From Halocafeteria seosinensis (lineage: Eukaryota), in NCBI GenBank assembly GCA_001687465.1, contig LVLI01000369.1, positions 1-64,000 on the forward strand: DNA of 64,000 nucleotides, written 5' to 3'. The notes under the pieces were generated by a model. The model had not been told where the DNA came from. It saw only the letters and a list, made by a program, of their open reading frames with translations, and searched no databases. How positions within the stretch are numbered: the stretch's first letter is position 1; the number at the start of each line of letters is the position of its first letter. This document shows, one piece after another, positions 63,280-64,000 of the stretch. The translations under genes were made by a program, and so were the position numbers.

Positions 63280-64000
63280 ATGTTAGTTAGACATAGCTGC
63301 AGACTTACAGCCAGGAGCTCGCGGAACCGCCTCGGAACATTACGAAGAGGTATAATCACGATATCTACGATAGATACAGCTCCATGCAGGAGATTTTCGA
63401 TACCCACACACGGTGCTACATGTAACAGCTATAAACCTCCCCAGTTAGGTCGTACCCGGCTCTTCCACGCGACGCAACAGTCGCTCGAAGCTGTGACGAT
63501 GAATGTACCTCAGATGGGTGATTCCATCACGGAAGGGACAATCAATGAAATTTTAAAGAAACCGGGTGAATATGTTCAACAAGACGAGGTGTTGGTGTCC
63601 ATTGAAACTGATAAGGTAAGTATGAGAGGATGCTACCCCGGTCGGTGAGAACATGATTAAAGTCTATTGCTGCAGGTTAATGTGGAGGTGCGCGCCGAAC
63701 ATGCTGGAGTTATATCAGAGTATCATTGTCAAGAGGGAGATGACGTGGCGGTTGGATCAAAACTGGTTACTGTAGATACCAATGCTTCCAGTTCAGAAGC
63801 GAAACCGGCCGCTGATTCCTCGTCTGGTGCCAAGAAACAAGACACGGCTACGAGTGAACAAACATCTCCACCGCCGTCTTCTGAAGAAGCGAGTAAGATC
63901 TCAGCACCCAACGAGAGTACCTCCAGTCAACAGCAAAATCGAGGTCATACACCTCTAATTCAATTCCGCCATGGAAAGGAGAACCGGGAGAAACTACAAC
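63280..64000 (+). CDS. Mitochondrial lipoyl-domain protein of 2-oxoglutarate dehydrogenase E2 type, 3'-partial (E2 or lipoyl-KGD4-like adaptor)
   Basis: Arg-rich presequence, then [13 protein letters not shown]...[30 protein letters not shown]...EGDDVAVG; intron 63616-63675; linker followed by [11 protein letters not shown]. Confidence 0.85.

Overview
Compact eukaryotic nuclear DNA, roughly balanced GC, with short GT-AG introns of mostly about 60-115 nt. It most likely comes from a flagellated protist: the H2B N-terminus MAKTPS is stramenopile-like and IFT/CFAP genes are present, but the species cannot be proven from sequence. The first ~1.3 kb is a patch of decayed RLE-type (CRE-like) non-LTR retrotransposon fragments, all on the minus strand, surrounding the 3' half of a tRNA-Leu gene. 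The rest holds 18 tightly packed protein genes: an FN3/giant coiled-coil/Sel1 protein, an AFG2/SPATA5-type AAA ATPase, an intron-containing H2B, an ankyrin protein, SAC3/GANP, a 3812-aa protein with a CHAT/separase-like C-terminus, a 24-aa LRR protein, a divergent HSF-type factor, WDR35/IFT121, prefoldin 6, IFT25, an NDUFA4/B12D-like protein, a SAM methyltransferase, CFAP65, a UFSP peptidase, ATG9, CAP/Srv2, and a lipoyl-domain protein cut by the window end. Best leads: (1) the retroelement/half-tRNA arrangement; (2) a lipoyl domain followed by a KGD4/MRPS36-like motif; (3) a membrane-anchored UFSP head-to-head with ATG9 across only 47 bp; (4) a recurring ERxx(M/L)xxED motif in the giant coiled coil; (5) the giant CHAT-like protein; (6) the LRR with a hypervariable concave face. 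All family calls are motif recognition by eye; no searches were run.
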